Shown: positions 23,054 through 36,549 of the stretch, piece after piece
Layout of the letters: each line of letters starts with the position of its first letter
Position numbering within the stretch: the stretch's first letter is position 1
Origin: Eledone cirrhosa
Lineage: Eukaryota
Direction of reading: 5' to 3'
NCBI GenBank assembly: GCA_964016885.1
Contig: OZ024741.1
Location: 224,564,001-224,628,000 of the forward strand
DNA: 64,000 bases
Notes under the pieces: model-generated
Seen by the model: the letters and a program-made list of their open reading frames with translations, nothing else
Told to the model about the DNA's origin: nothing
Database searches by the model: none
Program-made: the position numbers and the translations under genes

Positions 23054-25585
23054 GTTTAGTTTCCCAGAGTTGTTGCAGTTTTTTCATTGCCAGTTATTGG
23101 CAATGAAAAAACTGCAACAACTCTGGGAAACTAAACTAAACTCACATAATATCGAATCTATGAGATTTTGATATTTATTTTGAGAACAATACCTTAACAT
23201 CAGTATGAGTGGCCGGTTATGCCTGGTTTGAACAAAAAGAGGTGGGAGAATTCTGGCCGGATATTGCCAGTTTAAATGCTAAAGAGTTAAAGAGTGTACT
23301 GGATCCCTTTTTTGTGTCATCAACACTAGAGAGGTTGTTGTGCCCTTGACTCAACTGAAGATTCCTCTCTACCCATTTTTTGGCATGGTTTCTAAAGCTG
23401 GATGCCCTTCCTATCACCATTCACTTGGCATTGGTTCAGTTGTTCCTATTCTATTACAAAGAATTTGATTAGTACTGTGTTGTTTGATCATTTAATCACC
23501 ATATTTTCTATAAAAACACTTTATGGTTCAATGAATTTTGAAAATAATAAAAAAATTTGAAGGAATTTAGTAAAGTAATTAACTTTTAGTATTGAGTAAT
23601 GTTTAGAGCATAACTTAAGAAAAAAGTTTTCACATAAAATTATGATAGAAAATTCTGATATAAGTATGAACACTTTAAAAAGAGCAGTTTTGTATTAAAA
23701 ACCAGAGGCAGTTTTAGGCAGGTTGGTATCAAAAGGGTTAATCTCACAAACCTTGCACTAAATATTTGTTCAGTCCTTCTCATCCAGATCTTACTGAACA
23801 TTTCTCTCAGCCCATGGTTTTCCCCATTTCCTTTCACCAGAGGTTCTGTGGCTATGTAACACACCCTCCTCCTCTCCTTCCTCTCTCAACTAAAATAAAT
23901 AAAAATACACACTTATATGGATAGGGAGGCCTCTACATAGTTGTTCAACATACTAGAAATAGCTGCAAATTCGATAATATGTTTGTGTATTTATATATAG
24001 ACCAAACGGAGAGTGCCATGAAAAATAAGTGCTTCAAAACAGGGAGAAATGAGACAAAATGGAGAGATTTTATATAATGAAAGCTATACCCATTTTCACA
24101 AGAAAAGATATCTTTCATCCACCACAAAGTGGGTGGGAGATCTCCCCGTTGGATGGGGAGAATTGACAGATTTGTATATGTTTGTTTATGTGCCTGTGCG
24201 CTTGCACCTTCCCTCATAAACTTCCACACAAATATGCACGTGTTAAATATGTTTGTCTGGAGCTTCTTAAGGAAGGGCAGTAACTCTATAGCATTTAGTA
24301 TGATATTTTATATATTTTTCACTAGCTATTGTTAATTTAAGCTGCTCTTCTGTTGCTTGTGAAATGACTGTAAGTTTAAATTTTTATCCTCTTCATCAGA
24401 ATCACCTTTTACAATTGTTATCACCACAACAGACCACTGTTTTCTTATCTCTGTTATTCATTTGGCTTTTTCAATATCTTCATGTATTCAATTAATCCTT
24501 TAGCATTTAAACTGGCCAGATATGAATTCTCTCACCTCTTTCTGTCCAAACTGGCTGTAACCAGCCATTCATACTGACATTGAGGTATTGTTCTCAAAAT
24601 AAATAATATCAAAATGTCATAGCTTTGATATTATGTGAGATAAGTATGTGAGGTAAAGCCTTTACTATGAAAATACAATAGTAATATAAATGCTAATGGG
24701 TTAATAAACATTTTTATCATCGTCATCATCATTGATGTCAGCTAAAATACTTTGCAGTATTTGTTTTGGCTCTTTATCTTCTGAATTCAAATCCCACTGA
24801 AGTCAACTTTGCCTTTTATCCTATGAGGATCGATAAATATAGTATCAGTCAAGTACTGGGGCCAATTTAATTGACTTTCTTCCTAAATTAGGAATCATTA
24901 CACCCATCAACATCATCAACATCATCGTCATCATCGAATTGCTTTACAGTACTTGTTCTGGTTCTTTACATAGCTAAAATCAAATACCGATGAAGTCAAC
25001 TTCGCCTTTCATTCTTTTCGGAGTCAATAAATATAGTACTAGTCAAGCACTGGGGTTGATCCAATTAATTTTCTTCTTCTCCCTAACTGCTGGCTGTATG
25101 CCTAAAATTAGAGACGATTATTATTTATCGTTATTGAAGGCAGAACCATTAGAGCATTGGACAAAATGATTCTTGCTGTTCATATTCTAAGTTCAAATCT
25201 TGCTGAGATCAAACTTTGCCTTTCATCTTTCTGGGATCGATAGAATAAAGTACCAGTCACATATGGGTGTCAAAGTAATCAACCCTCCTCCTCCTCCTGC
25301 CATCCTTCCTCCCCCTCACCCTCATCCTCCACCACCTTCTCCTCAAATTGTTGACCTTGTGCATATTATTAAGGGTAGTGGTGTGGCAGTATGGGTAGAG
25401 CATGGGACAAAACACTTTTGTAGTATTTAGTTATCATTTTCTGTGTTCTGAGTTCAAATCAGATCATGGTCAACTTTACTTTTTATCCTTTCAGAGTCAA
25501 TAAATAAAGTACAAGTGAAGTACTGGGGTTGATTCAGTTAACTTCCCTCTTCTCCTAAAATGTGCCTAAAAATAGAAGCTATTAT

Positions 25586-26190
25586 TCATCATCATCATCA
25601 TCATCGTTTTACGTCCGTTCTTCCACGCTAGCATGGGTTAGACGGGTTGTCCTGTTGTGTGCAGTGTCTGGTCGGCTGACCATGCCTTGCTCAGACAGGA
25701 ACTGATCTGGCTTGATTTCTACAGCTGGATGCCCTTCCTAACACCAACCTCATTTACAGTGAGTGCTGGGTGCTTTTTCGTGGCGCCTACACGTCCACTT
25801 TACAGTGTGGGCTGGGTGCTTTTTTGCCGTGGCACCTCCACGACCACCTTGCGGTGGGGGGTGTGGGGGCATATTGATTATATGCTTCAGCATGTACCCA
25901 TGGGAGGTCGGGTACTCTGTATTACTGCGTGACGCCAGAAGTCACGGTCGTGTGTCATTGTCTTTGAGAGGTGTAATTGGGTAAGGTCGGCTTTTATCAC
26001 CTCATTCCAGGTCATCTTGGGTCTCCCCACTCCGCGGTTTCCATCAACTTCTAGTGCTCTGCACCTTTTTATGCAGCTGTCATCCTTCATACGCATCACA
26101 TGTCCATACCAGCGCAACCGCCTCTCCTGCACACAGCATTTGATTCCTCTTATGCTCAGTCTCTCTCTCAATTCATTTATGCTTTGTCGT
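25586..26190 (-). mobile_element. RTE 3' fragment ending ~30 nt before CFAP298 coding exon 2
   Basis: RRLRWYGHVMRM...GRPK, RTE 3' UTR and (GAT)n tail. Confidence 0.9.
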
Positions 26191-26222
26191 TATTATTTAT
26201 CATTATTTGTATTACTTGGCAG

Positions 26223-26390
26223 AACTAGAAGAACTGGCCAAACATGGAACTACCCTCCCCATCAACATGCAAGGTCTTACAGATGAACAAATTACAGAAC
26301 TGAAATTGAAAGATGATTGGGCTGAGAAGTGCCGGCCTAGTGGTGGAGATGTCTTCAATAAAGATATTATGGGACGACGGAATGGAATTG
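26223..26390 (+). CDS. CFAP298: CFAP298 coding exon 2 (ELEELAKHGTTLPINMQGLTDEQITELKLKDDWAEKCRPSGG...GRRNG)
   Basis: AG at 26221-26222, donor GTAAGT at 26391; 168 nt. Carries the hallmark NMQGLTD.QI.ELKLKD.W and GRRNG motifs. Confidence 0.97.
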
Positions 26391-26876
26391 GTAAGTTGCA
26401 GCAATGTCACTTTGATTGAAGAAAGATTGTTTGTTTGTTGTTGTTGATGTTGTTGTTCAACTCCAGGTGAGTCATGACCTGGTCCAACATATCTATTATC
26501 AAAGGTCAAAAAGCTGTGACCCTCTCTATATTGCTATATACTACCACTTTTGCCTCACATCACCACACATTTCTACTTTGTTGTAGCCATCACTACCACC
26601 ACCACTGCTGCAGCTGCCACCACTCTCCTTTACCGCCACCAAAGAAAACCATGGCCATCACCATCACCATACTATTAGTTCTCTTAATCTTTAACACGCT
26701 ATCGGCAACATATGCACTATATAGTAATCTCCCCTTAATATATAATGAAGTGTCAAGGGAAACAACTCATAAAAATTACTAGCGTGCTAAAGATTAAGCT
26801 AAATCATATTAGACTGTCAGTTTTGCTCTTGCCAAACTTGTCTAAATTCTTACTATGTGTGTTTCACCTTTTACAG

Positions 26877-26944
26877 CCCCCAATGAGCACATGGCTGGAG
26901 TTTTAACGAAAAGTTCGAAAGAAGCAAAAGATATGATTTCAAAA
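26877..26944 (+). CDS. CFAP298: CFAP298 coding exon 3 (APNEHMAGVLTKSSKEAKDMISK)
   Basis: TTTTACAG acceptor, GTGAGT donor; 68 nt restores phase 0. Confidence 0.95.
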
Positions 26945-28122
26945 GTGAGTCACACGTTAAATTTTGTACATTTCTGTGTACCATTGTTCTTTCTACCCAT
27001 CCAATATATTCAACCATCAAAATATGTGACTGATCACTTCTTTTTCCTGCCAATCACTGTACTGTTGAGACCTCTGTGGTCCTCAGTCCCTGAACTGCTG
27101 TTTTCTTTCACAAAATTGGGAGGAGTGCATCCCCCACTGAGGAAGGAGTTCTGTGAAAGGAAGAACCTGATACATTATGTGTTGCTAGTTATTCTCTACA
27201 ACAATGCCCTTGCCATTTTGTCTGCAGCATGCAACTGAGATGTATTGCCTAGACCAATGATTCCTAAAGTTGTGTGCACACCCCACAGGGGATGGGGATT
27301 TGAATATTTAAAGGGGTCATTTGAAAATGATGTTAATGAGAACAAACTTCAAGTTTTACTTTCTTACTTTAACTCTAAGGCACCTCCTCCTCCACACATG
27401 TTACTGTGTGTACCTGGCACCACCTCAATACCAATTTATTTATACTTTACAGTTGATCATTGCTGTTTTCATATACATTTTTGGGGGGGAGTGGGGGCAA
27501 TAAGAATTTTTGAGATGTTGAGGTGGGGCATGGTGCACAAAAGGTTGGAAACCATTGGCCTAGGCAGGTGTGAAGTGTCTGCTACTCTCTCGTCCCTTTC
27601 CTTTACATTTATTATTTAATTTTTCTTTTCCTTATTTTATTAATAAATATATAATCTGATTGAAATTTGTTGAATAAAATGTGAGGATTCTCTATTTTTT
27701 ATGTTTGTTACCTTCATGGATTACTTGGTTGTTCACTGTGGAATTGCTAGAAACTATAACTAGGTTGTTACTTGTCACTACACTGCCGGTAAAATACACA
27801 CACACACACAAACAACAAAAAGAATAACTATATTATATATATACATATAAGTGTGACATACAGAAACACATACCCACACATTTGTTTTCACGCATGTTGA
27901 CAGACTTGCATTTAAAATTGCTGCATTTTAAATCAAAACCTGTTAGTTATTATGGTGACAACACTCTACCTATCTATCACACACACTCTCTCTCACTATT
28001 TCTCTTTTTCAACCTGTTATTGTCGTGAAAGTCTTTTTTTAAAGCATGTGTTGTATTGTCCATATGTTGAAGGACATACTGAAATACACACACAGAAATA
28101 GGCACACAACAACTATATGTAT

Positions 28123-28156
<34 letters not shown>

Positions 28157-28476
28157 ACACCGTAAATGTGGTTGGTGTTAGGAAGGGCATCCAACTGTAG
28201 AAAACCTGCCAGACAGTCCTATGCGAGCAAGACAATCACTCTTGCCTCAAGTGGGACTACCCCAGTCCAAACCCATGCAAGCGTGGAACACGGACGTTAA
28301 ACGTTGATGATGATGATGATGATGATGATACATATATATGTGTTACAGACAGACAGATGAAGAAACAGGTTTTCTTTTATAACATAGATTAAGTTAGAGT
28401 TAATAACAGACAAGTTACTTATTTACTAAACCTTACGATTTCATGATCTCTCTCTATTTTTCCCTGTTTCAAACAG

Positions 28477-28635
28477 AAAAAAATACAAGCTGACATTTGT
28501 GTTGATGAGAAAACAGTCAAGGATGCCTTGGACATCCTGCGTGGGGCTGTTATGATTGTCTACCCCATGGAGTTGCCTCCACATGACCCTATCAGAATGG
28601 AACTGGAAAATAAAGAAGACCTCGCTGGCACACAG
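28477..28635 (+). CDS. CFAP298: CFAP298 coding exon 4 (KKIQAD...VKDALDILRGAVMIVYPMELPPHDPIRMELENKEDLAGTQ)
   Basis: CAG acceptor, GTAAC donor; 159 nt. Contains the LRGAVMIVYPM.LPP.DPIR signature. Confidence 0.97.
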
Positions 28636-29921
28636 GTAACATCACAGGGTTTATCAATGTACTTGTATCATTAATACAAATGCAACCTTGATTTTGTTGT
28701 GTGTGTGTATGGTTTTTCTTTATATTTTTCTCATTATATTTTTACATCTGTCATTTTAAAATTTTATTTAGTATGTCCAATGATAGATAGAAGGATGGTT
28801 TGTTGTTTTCAAGGAAGCAGGGCTTGGTACAAGTATGGTTATGTGGTTAAGGAGTTTGTTTTGCTGCTACATGGTTTTGAGTTCCATCTAACTGCATACC
28901 ACCTTATGCAAGTGTTTTCAACTATAGCCTTGGGACAATTGATGCTTTATGCAGGAATTAGGTATACAGAAATCTGATAAGGTTTTGCATATTGAGAGGG
29001 GTGTTGTTATGTCTTAGACATAGCTGAAGAGTCTTACTGAGTATTTGTTAATGTATGTGTGTGAATGAAAACAAATGTCACCTCTTAATTTATATGAAGA
29101 CTCATATAAGGAGGCACATGGCTTAGTGGTTAGAGCATTGGCCTTGCAATCGAAAGGTTGTGAGTTCAATTCTGAGACCGGGTGATGTGTTGTTTCCTTG
29201 AGTAAGACACTTTATTTCACATTGCTCCAGTTTACTCAGCTGTAGAAATGAGATGATAGGGCTGGGGTCCATATCATTCCACTGCAAAGTGGTTGTGTAG
29301 GCGCCACGGCAAAAAAGCACACAGCACTCACTGTAAATGAGGTTGGTGTTAGGAAGGGCATCCAGCTGTAGAAATCAAGCCAAAATCAGTTCCCGTCCCA
29401 CCCTTGCAAGCAGGGAAAAAGCGGACGTAAAATGAAATGATGATGATGATGATGATGACTCACACACACACACATATTTACATATTTTTTCTTAATTCTT
29501 TTATTGGTTTCAGTCTTTGTACTGCAGTCATGCTGGGGCACTGCCGTCAATGGATTTAAATTGATCATATCAACCCTAGCCTTTATTTTTCAAGCCTGGT
29601 ACTTTTTGTTTTATCAATCTCTATTCATAAAAATAAACATGGACACACACAGACTGAGAGTCTCACACACACACATATACCACAGGTTTCTGTATAGATT
29701 CTATCTACCAAATTTCGTCTCAAGGTATTGGTCAGCTTTATGCTATAGTAGAAGACCATTGCCCAGAGTACCACACTGAAGGATGTAACCCCAAACCACA
29801 TGGTTTTGAAGCAAGCCTTTTAACCACACATCCATGACTACCACATTAATACTTATTGTATATGTTATCCTGATAATAGATTCTAAGTGTTAACATAAAC
29901 ACATGAAATAGTAATGTTTAA

Positions 29922-30141
29922 ATACATATAAAAATGAGAAAACTCATCGCTAGAACAGCTGTTAAAACAGCTAAGTGCTGTCAAAACATGCCTCAGAGGA
30001 CAGAGACCAGCGGCCAGTGGTCAACTCTGTTGTGTATATATATGTGTGTGTGACTCTGTCCTCTGAAGCATTTTTACCCATCACTGTCTTTAACAGCACT
30101 TAGCTGTTCTAGTGATGAGTTTTCTCATTTTTATATGTATT
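29922..30141. mobile_element. Inverted-repeat element with ~40-bp outer arms and nested inner arms
   Basis: AATACATATAAAAATGAGAAAACTCATC.CTAGAACAGCT and its reverse complement; inner CAGAGGACAGAG / CTCTGTCCTCTG. Confidence 0.65.
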
Positions 30142-30779
30142 CAATCAAAAACACTCTCGCTTCGTCTCGATCAGAGACAACATTATTTTAAGTAATGTTT
30201 ACATTAATCCTGAAGATATAATAGCAGTAGTACTACTATAGCATAATTTGTAATATGAAGGCATATACAATATGTTGTATATAAAAGCATATACAATATG
30301 TTTATGTATAATTGTTTGTACTTTTTAGCACAAGGCCAGCAATTACTCCAGTGTATTACTGGTATTTTATTTTATTGACTCCGTAAGGATGAAAGGCAAA
30401 ATTAACCTTGGTGGGATTTGAACTCAGATCATAAAGGGCCGTAACTCTACCGATACTACCAATCCAATAAACATATGTCAATCTTGCTATGAAGATTTTA
30501 AGCTGTGACCATATAGTGCATGCTTATAATAGCTGGATTATATGAAGGCATAAACATATGTAAGTCATGTCATGAGGGTTTTAAAATAATTGTTTCTACT
30601 TTTGGCACAAGGCCAGTAATTATCCCAGTGTATTACTGGTACTTTATTTTATCGACCCCGTAAGGATGAAAGGCAAAGTTAACCTCAATGACTTAGTGTG
30701 CTGTGTGAGCTATGAGTGGGGTAGGCATTAGCAGGTTGTGTCACTGGGAGAATATATAACTGCGATCTCAGCTCTCTGC

Positions 30780-31819
30780 AGCCATTGTATGTTTTTCGTA
30801 TTCTTTTGTTAACAGATCCTCAATTTTAGGCCTTTGAGCGATGGGCACAGAGCAACAAACCAGCCTCAAGTTTCTGGTCTGGTTGGAGAAAACTCCATCA
30901 GAAGCACTTGTAATACTGCAGTAAGTGTACGGAGATGAGACGATGTCATATTGACAGGTTTTTGAGTAGCACAAAAGGTTCAAAGAGCAACTCGAGGACA
31001 TGGAACAAGAGACCTTCAACGAGCAGGATTGAGGCCAATGTTGAGCGTGTGAGGCAGATCGTGCATAGCGAAAGTTGGCTGACTGTTAGACTGATTGCAA
31101 GGGAGCTGGGCATGAACTACGACAGTGTTTGGAAGATTATCACCGAAGATTTGTATGATAACCGGAGGGACCAGCACATGCAGGTTTATCAGGACATCCT
31201 TGAGTGTCTTGAAACCAAACCAGACATGCTAGGGAGAGTCATCACTCAAGTACGACCTGGAGACCAAGTGCCAGAGCCTTCAGTGGATGAGTCTGGAGTC
31301 ACCGAGGCTGAAGAAAGCAAGACAGTCGTGTTTTTCAATGTGAAGGGCATTGGCCACAGAGTTCTTGACACAGGGCCAGATGATCAACTAGCATATATAC
31401 AAAGAGATCCAATGGCAATTGCTTCACTTATGAAAAGAGGCGAGAGATGTGGCAGGACAACTTGTGGCTACTTCATCACAACAACGCTCTGGTTCAATGC
31501 TCTGAGCATCCGGCAGTATCTTACTGTGTTGGAGCAACTTCGCTACTCACCTGACTGGTCTCCATGTGATTTTTTTTCCTTTTCCCCAAATTCAAGAGGG
31601 TCATCAAAGGAACCTGTTTTCTGGATGTGGAAGCCAGAGTTGCAGAGAATCCCAGGAGAATCTTTCTGGGAGTGCATGGAGGTGTGGCAGGGAAGTTTGG
31701 GAAAGTGTGTTAGACTCGAGGGGGGATTATTTCGAAGGGGAAAACTTGTAGTTTGTAATTTAGATTTGAAATATTTTTTTTTGCAACCGAGTTCTGTTTC
31801 TTTTCTGACACACCTTGTA
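30780..31819 (+). mobile_element. Mariner transposase relic
   Basis: RPSTSR..NVERVR..TVR.IA.ELG (HTH region), YSPDWSPCDF (mariner YSPDLAP.D motif), and a TIR-like end CTGACACACCTTG|TA. Confidence 0.82.
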
Positions 31820-31897
31820 ACTCATGCACATTTAGAAAATAGATGTAAAACGGTGATGATGATGAGAGATAATTGTATCGGACACTGTCTATTTCAG

Positions 31898-32029
31898 GCT
31901 TCTTTGGAAGTTATATCAGTTGATAATGCTGACCTCTGGTGGGCAGGAAAGCAGCTGTTACGTGGTAAAAAACTGAATGATTATATTGGCAAGAATGAGA
32001 AGACTAAAATTATTGCCAAATTACAAAAG
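31898..32029 (+). CDS. CFAP298: CFAP298 coding exon 5 (ASLEVISVDNADLWWAGKQLLRGKKLNDYIGKNEKTKIIAKLQK)
   Basis: TTTCAG acceptor, GTAAGT donor; 132 nt. LWWA.K and GKNEKTKIIAK motifs. Confidence 0.97.
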
Positions 32030-32762
32030 GTAAGTATTTCTCTTTCATTACAAACCAATACTGCCACCATGCTCCTTTTATGCCACAGTTGCCAACCTTA
32101 TCCCTTTGACCTTCTTTCTCATTTCTTCCTATATGTCTCAATTTATAATGTCTCATCTTCCATTGATGAAATTCTGTTATATTGAAGTGATTGAGAGGTT
32201 GGCAGGCATGCTGGTGCAAGGGATGATATTCATGTTGATTTCTAATAAATGCACAAAGCCAGTTAATTTAGGGGAAGGGAAAATTTGATTAAATCAACCC
32301 TAGTACTTGACAGGTCCTTTATTTTATTGACCCAAAGTTGACCTCAGAGGGATTTGAATGTAAAGAACCAAAACAAATGTTGTAATGGCATTTCGCTCAA
32401 TACTCTACTAATTCTGCTAATCCCCACCTCTCCCAGGGAAGATATTCATATTAAAACTCAGGTTTGATTCTATTTAAATTTATAAAAAATCTTATATTAA
32501 ACTGGTGATTTACAGTGCCACTGTAATATAAGATTTATATTATAATAATATTTCATTTGCATGTGAAATTTAAAATGCTATTGTTTCAGTTTATTAAGGA
32601 TAAAAATACAGTTACAAATGCAAACAAAATATAGTACCCTAAGTAGTTTCTGATTGAGAAAACAAAAAAATTAAAAAGAAGTGAGGTTATTTTAATTGTG
32701 AAATTATTTTTGTTAAGAGGGCATTGTAAGTTGGTGTATTCTATCTTGTATCTATCTGACAG

Positions 32763-32858
32763 CTTGGTCAAGGGGCCCCAGGTCGAGAACCTGTGATCAG
32801 TGAGCAGGAACAGAAGGAAATGATGGCATATTATTACAGAAAACAGGAAACAGCAAAG
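32763..32858 (+). CDS. CFAP298: CFAP298 coding exon 6 (LGQGAPGREPVISEQEQKEMMAYYYRKQETAK)
   Basis: CAG acceptor, GTAAAT donor; 96 nt. GQGAP.REP motif. Confidence 0.96.
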
Positions 32859-33420
32859 GTAAATTGGACCAGAGACTTTCCTTTTTTTCTATTCAACTTA
32901 TGTATATCTATATATGTGGTCTAGTGGTTAGGATTTCTGGCTTTCACCCATGAGGCCAGGGTTTGATTCCTGGCATGGGAACATTAATTGTATTGTAGTG
33001 CTGGTGCCATTACAAAAAGCACCCACTCCACCTTGTAAGATGGAATTGTTAGTGCCACAACAAAAGCACCCATTCCACCATGTTAAACGGCAATGTTGGT
33101 GCCATGACAAAAAGCATCTGGTCCACCCTGTAAAGTCGTAGTGTCACTATCATGATGTTCCCAGTACTTGCCATGAAGTGGTTAGCATGAGGAAGGGCAT
33201 CCAGCTGTAGAAACCAAGCCAAAAGCAGAGCATACAAGCTAGACATATTTACCTGGCCAGTGTAGCCTCAGTACATAACATCTAATCTAACCTATGCAAG
33301 CATGGAAAATAGACCTTATCTCGTGATGATAAAATGCACTCGGTAGAATGTGGAACCATATGTATAGCAGGGAAACTGGACGTTAAATGATGATACACAC
33401 ACACACACACACACACACAC

Positions 33421-33890
33421 ATCATCATCATCATTTTACGTTCGCTTTTCCCTGCTTGCAAGGGTGGGATGGGTCCTATTCAGCACAGCATCTCTCCACT
33501 TGTCACGGTCCTTCGTCATCTCCACCGTGAGCTTCAGCGATCTGAGGTCTACTCTCACCACCTCCGCCCATATTTTTCGTGGTCTACCTCTACCACGTCT
33601 TCCTTCAACTGGCATTTCTTGGCATTTCTTCACCCATTGGTCATCCTCCATGCGCACCACATGTCCATACCATCGCAGTCTCCTCTTTCGCACACTACAT
33701 TCTATCCCTCTCAGACACAGTTTCTCTCTCAACACATCCATGCTGGGTCGTTCACGCACATTTACACTGCACATCCAACGGAGCATACTTGCCTCATTTC
33801 TCTCCAGCCGTTGCATATCCTCTGCAGTTGCTGCCCATGTCTCACTACCATGCAGCATCGCACTCCTCACACAGGCATCATATAACTGGT
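33421..33890 (-). mobile_element. RTE 3' fragment (second subfamily; another fragment at 55500-55780 +)
   Basis: LYDACVRSAMLHGSETW...RRLRWYGHVVRM...RGRGRPRK. Confidence 0.9.
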
Positions 33891-34383
33891 GATGGTGAAA
33901 CTGTATGCTATGAAACAATAAATTCTTTCATTTCTTTCATTGGCCATGCTGGAGCACCGTCTTCAAGTACCACCTTCGAAGTAATTCAAGTCAATAAATT
34001 ACATCGATCTTAGCACTGTATTTGGCACCTAACCATTTATTAAAGAGCTCGATAAAATCAGTCTACTTTAGGATAAAGGGACGTAACTCTTACTTAGCCT
34101 AAAAGCCACAAAACATTTTGGTTTGATGTAACAATTTATTAGCTAACTATTGTCAATACACACAGACACCTATAATTTTACATTATTGTTTATCCATTAT
34201 TGTTTATCCACATTGTTTATCGACTATTATCTATCCAGTCAACATTACACACTGTGTTTATCTAATCAAAATTTATTTAATGTCTGTATCTCTTTCATTT
34301 CTTCACTGGGCACCACTATCCAGTCAACATCTTCACACTGTTTATATATCTATCTATGTATATATCCCTATCCATGTCCATAC

Positions 34384-36525
34384 CAAGGGGGACGACTTAA
34401 GTAACTTTAGGCCCATAACTCTGCTGAATGCAGAGTTACAGATTTTGGCCAAGGTGTTGGCGAAGAGGTTGGCGCTTGTGGTGGGTGGTTTGGTGGGAGA
34501 CGCGCAGACATGCGCTATCCCGTCCAGGTCCATTCACGACAACCTCCACCTCATGCGATACATCATAGAGAGGGTTGGCTACGAACCCGGCTTTGGTGGG
34601 GCCCTGATCAACTTGGATCAATCTAAGGCGTTCGATAGGGTCGACCATGGTTACCTGGATGCGGTGCTAGCGGCGGCGGGCTTCGGACCCGTTTTCAGGG
34701 GCTGGATTTCTGCCATGCACAGTGGCAACATCTACTCTAGGATTAAAGTAAACGGCTACCTCTCGGAGCCGTTTCAAATCACCCGATCCATCAGACAGGG
34801 GTGCCCCCTCTCCTCCCTTCTGTACGTATTGACTCTCGAGCCACTGCTGCGGAAGTTGGAGTTGCTGCGGGGCATACCCCTGGAACCGGGATTGCACAAA
34901 GCGGTCTCGGCCTATGCCGACGACGTAACAGTAATGGTGGCGGACGCCTCGGAAATCGGGGCGATCGCCACCCTACTGGAGGAATACGAAAGGCTGACGG
35001 GGGCTAAGCTGAACCAGGACAAGTCAGTCGGTTTGCAACTCGGAACGTGGAGGGGCAAACCGATGCCGTTAGACGGTGTCGTCGGGCGGTGGACGGAGGG
35101 CCCGGTGAAGCTGCTCGGCGTCTGGTTCGGACCGGACCTCCAGGTGGAGAAGAATTGGGGCGAGGTGACGAGCAGGGTGTTTGCGCTGACCCAGAAGTGG
35201 GCCAAGTGCAAACTATCACTGAAAGGTCGGGCGGAGGTGACGAACGCTTACATAGCGTCCGTCATCTACTACCGCCTGACCGTCGTGCCTTGCCCCAAGG
35301 AAAAGCTCACCATCATGGAACGCATGCTCTTCCAGTTCCTCTGGAAGAAGCGGCCTCCCATGGTGAGGAGATCCATCTGCTGCCAGCACCCTTCGAAAGG
35401 AGGGCTGGGTATGCCGTGGCTGTTGATGCGTAGGCACGCATTGAGGCTACGGCATCTACAGGTATTCCTCAACGGTCAGCCGGTGTGGGCCCCGTTTGTG
35501 AGGCGAGCCTTCCCACAGCTCGTCTCGCTCACCGAACTGCAATCCTGGGTGAAGCAAAGACCGAGAAAACTGGGCAACTGGCACACCGAGTGTGCCCAGG
35601 CGCTCACGGCTATCTGGCAAGCGGACCCGACTGTCAGTGGAGAATCCACCTCGACATTCTATAGAGGGTTGGTGGCTAGCAGGGGCGACGACACCCTTGG
35701 AGAGTCGCTAGGCATGGAGGAGGACGAACTGGCCAGCCTGTTCGGTAGAACTTTCGGCCCGGGACCCATGGACAACTTCCAGAGGTCCCTAGCCTGGCAG
35801 TGTTACCGGGGGGCTCTGCCCGTTCGAGAAAAGCTCTACAGACACGGGCGCCCGGGCAGGGATCCCGCGAAAAAGATCTGTCCCAGATGCGTGCGCGACG
35901 AGGAAACCGTTGCGCATGCACTGGTACACTGCCCGGGCGTTGCCGATCTGTGGGGCTACGTCGAACGACTGCTGTCGCGTGTGGCGCCGATTCGATTAAC
36001 CGCCGAGTCTGTGGTGAACATCAAGCCGCCTCCTCCCTTCAGAAATGAAGCAGAGGCGGTCTTTCTGTGCGTAATAGCCATGATGAAAGAGGTTGTGTGG
36101 TGGACGCGCCTGAAAGGTCTGAGGTCGGGTGACTTTCTCTCCGGCCATCACCTGGTTTACTTCTTCCGATACCACTTCGGAAGAAGAATCAGGATGGAGA
36201 GAGAAGTGCTTGGTCCCAGACAGTTTTATGAAAGGTGGGTGAAAGAAGCGAGAATGGCCCGTGTAAATGGGCCTTCTCTCTACATTGTTCTGTAGGTGAA
36301 GAAGTGAAGAGGAAAGGGGGAGCGCCTCCTCTCTGGGCTTCCCCCGCGAAAAGAGTTGCACACTTTTCGGGGGTATGTGCAATCCCCAACACGCCCCCTC
36401 CCTTTTGAGGACTTTTTATTGTTATATTATTATTGTTATTCCTTTTTTCTTTACTCGATTTATGTACACTCCCCCACTGTGTAAATGTCCCCTTCTTTTG
36501 TGCCCTCGTGGCAAATAAATAGAAA
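34384..36525 (+). mobile_element. Tx1/L1-clade LINE, 5'-truncated, with uninterrupted RT-to-C-terminus frame
   Basis: NFRPITLLN, LDQSKAFDRV, IRQGCPLS, YADD, GGLG and C-terminal CPRC...H...HC; stop at 36295; AATAAA near 36514. Confidence 0.93.
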
Positions 36526-36549
36526 TTTATCTATGTATATATCTCTTGA

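Noticed and set aside
20104-23150. Apparent 10-bp TSD CTCACATAAT around the CR1
   Set aside because: The host MITE natively contains tandem CTCACATAAT copies (see about 5638-5673), so the duplication predates the insertion.
34280-36295. 671-aa ORF as a host gene or autonomous element
   Set aside because: It is a 5'-truncated Tx1-like ORF2 lacking the endonuclease; the first ~35 residues come from flanking DNA.
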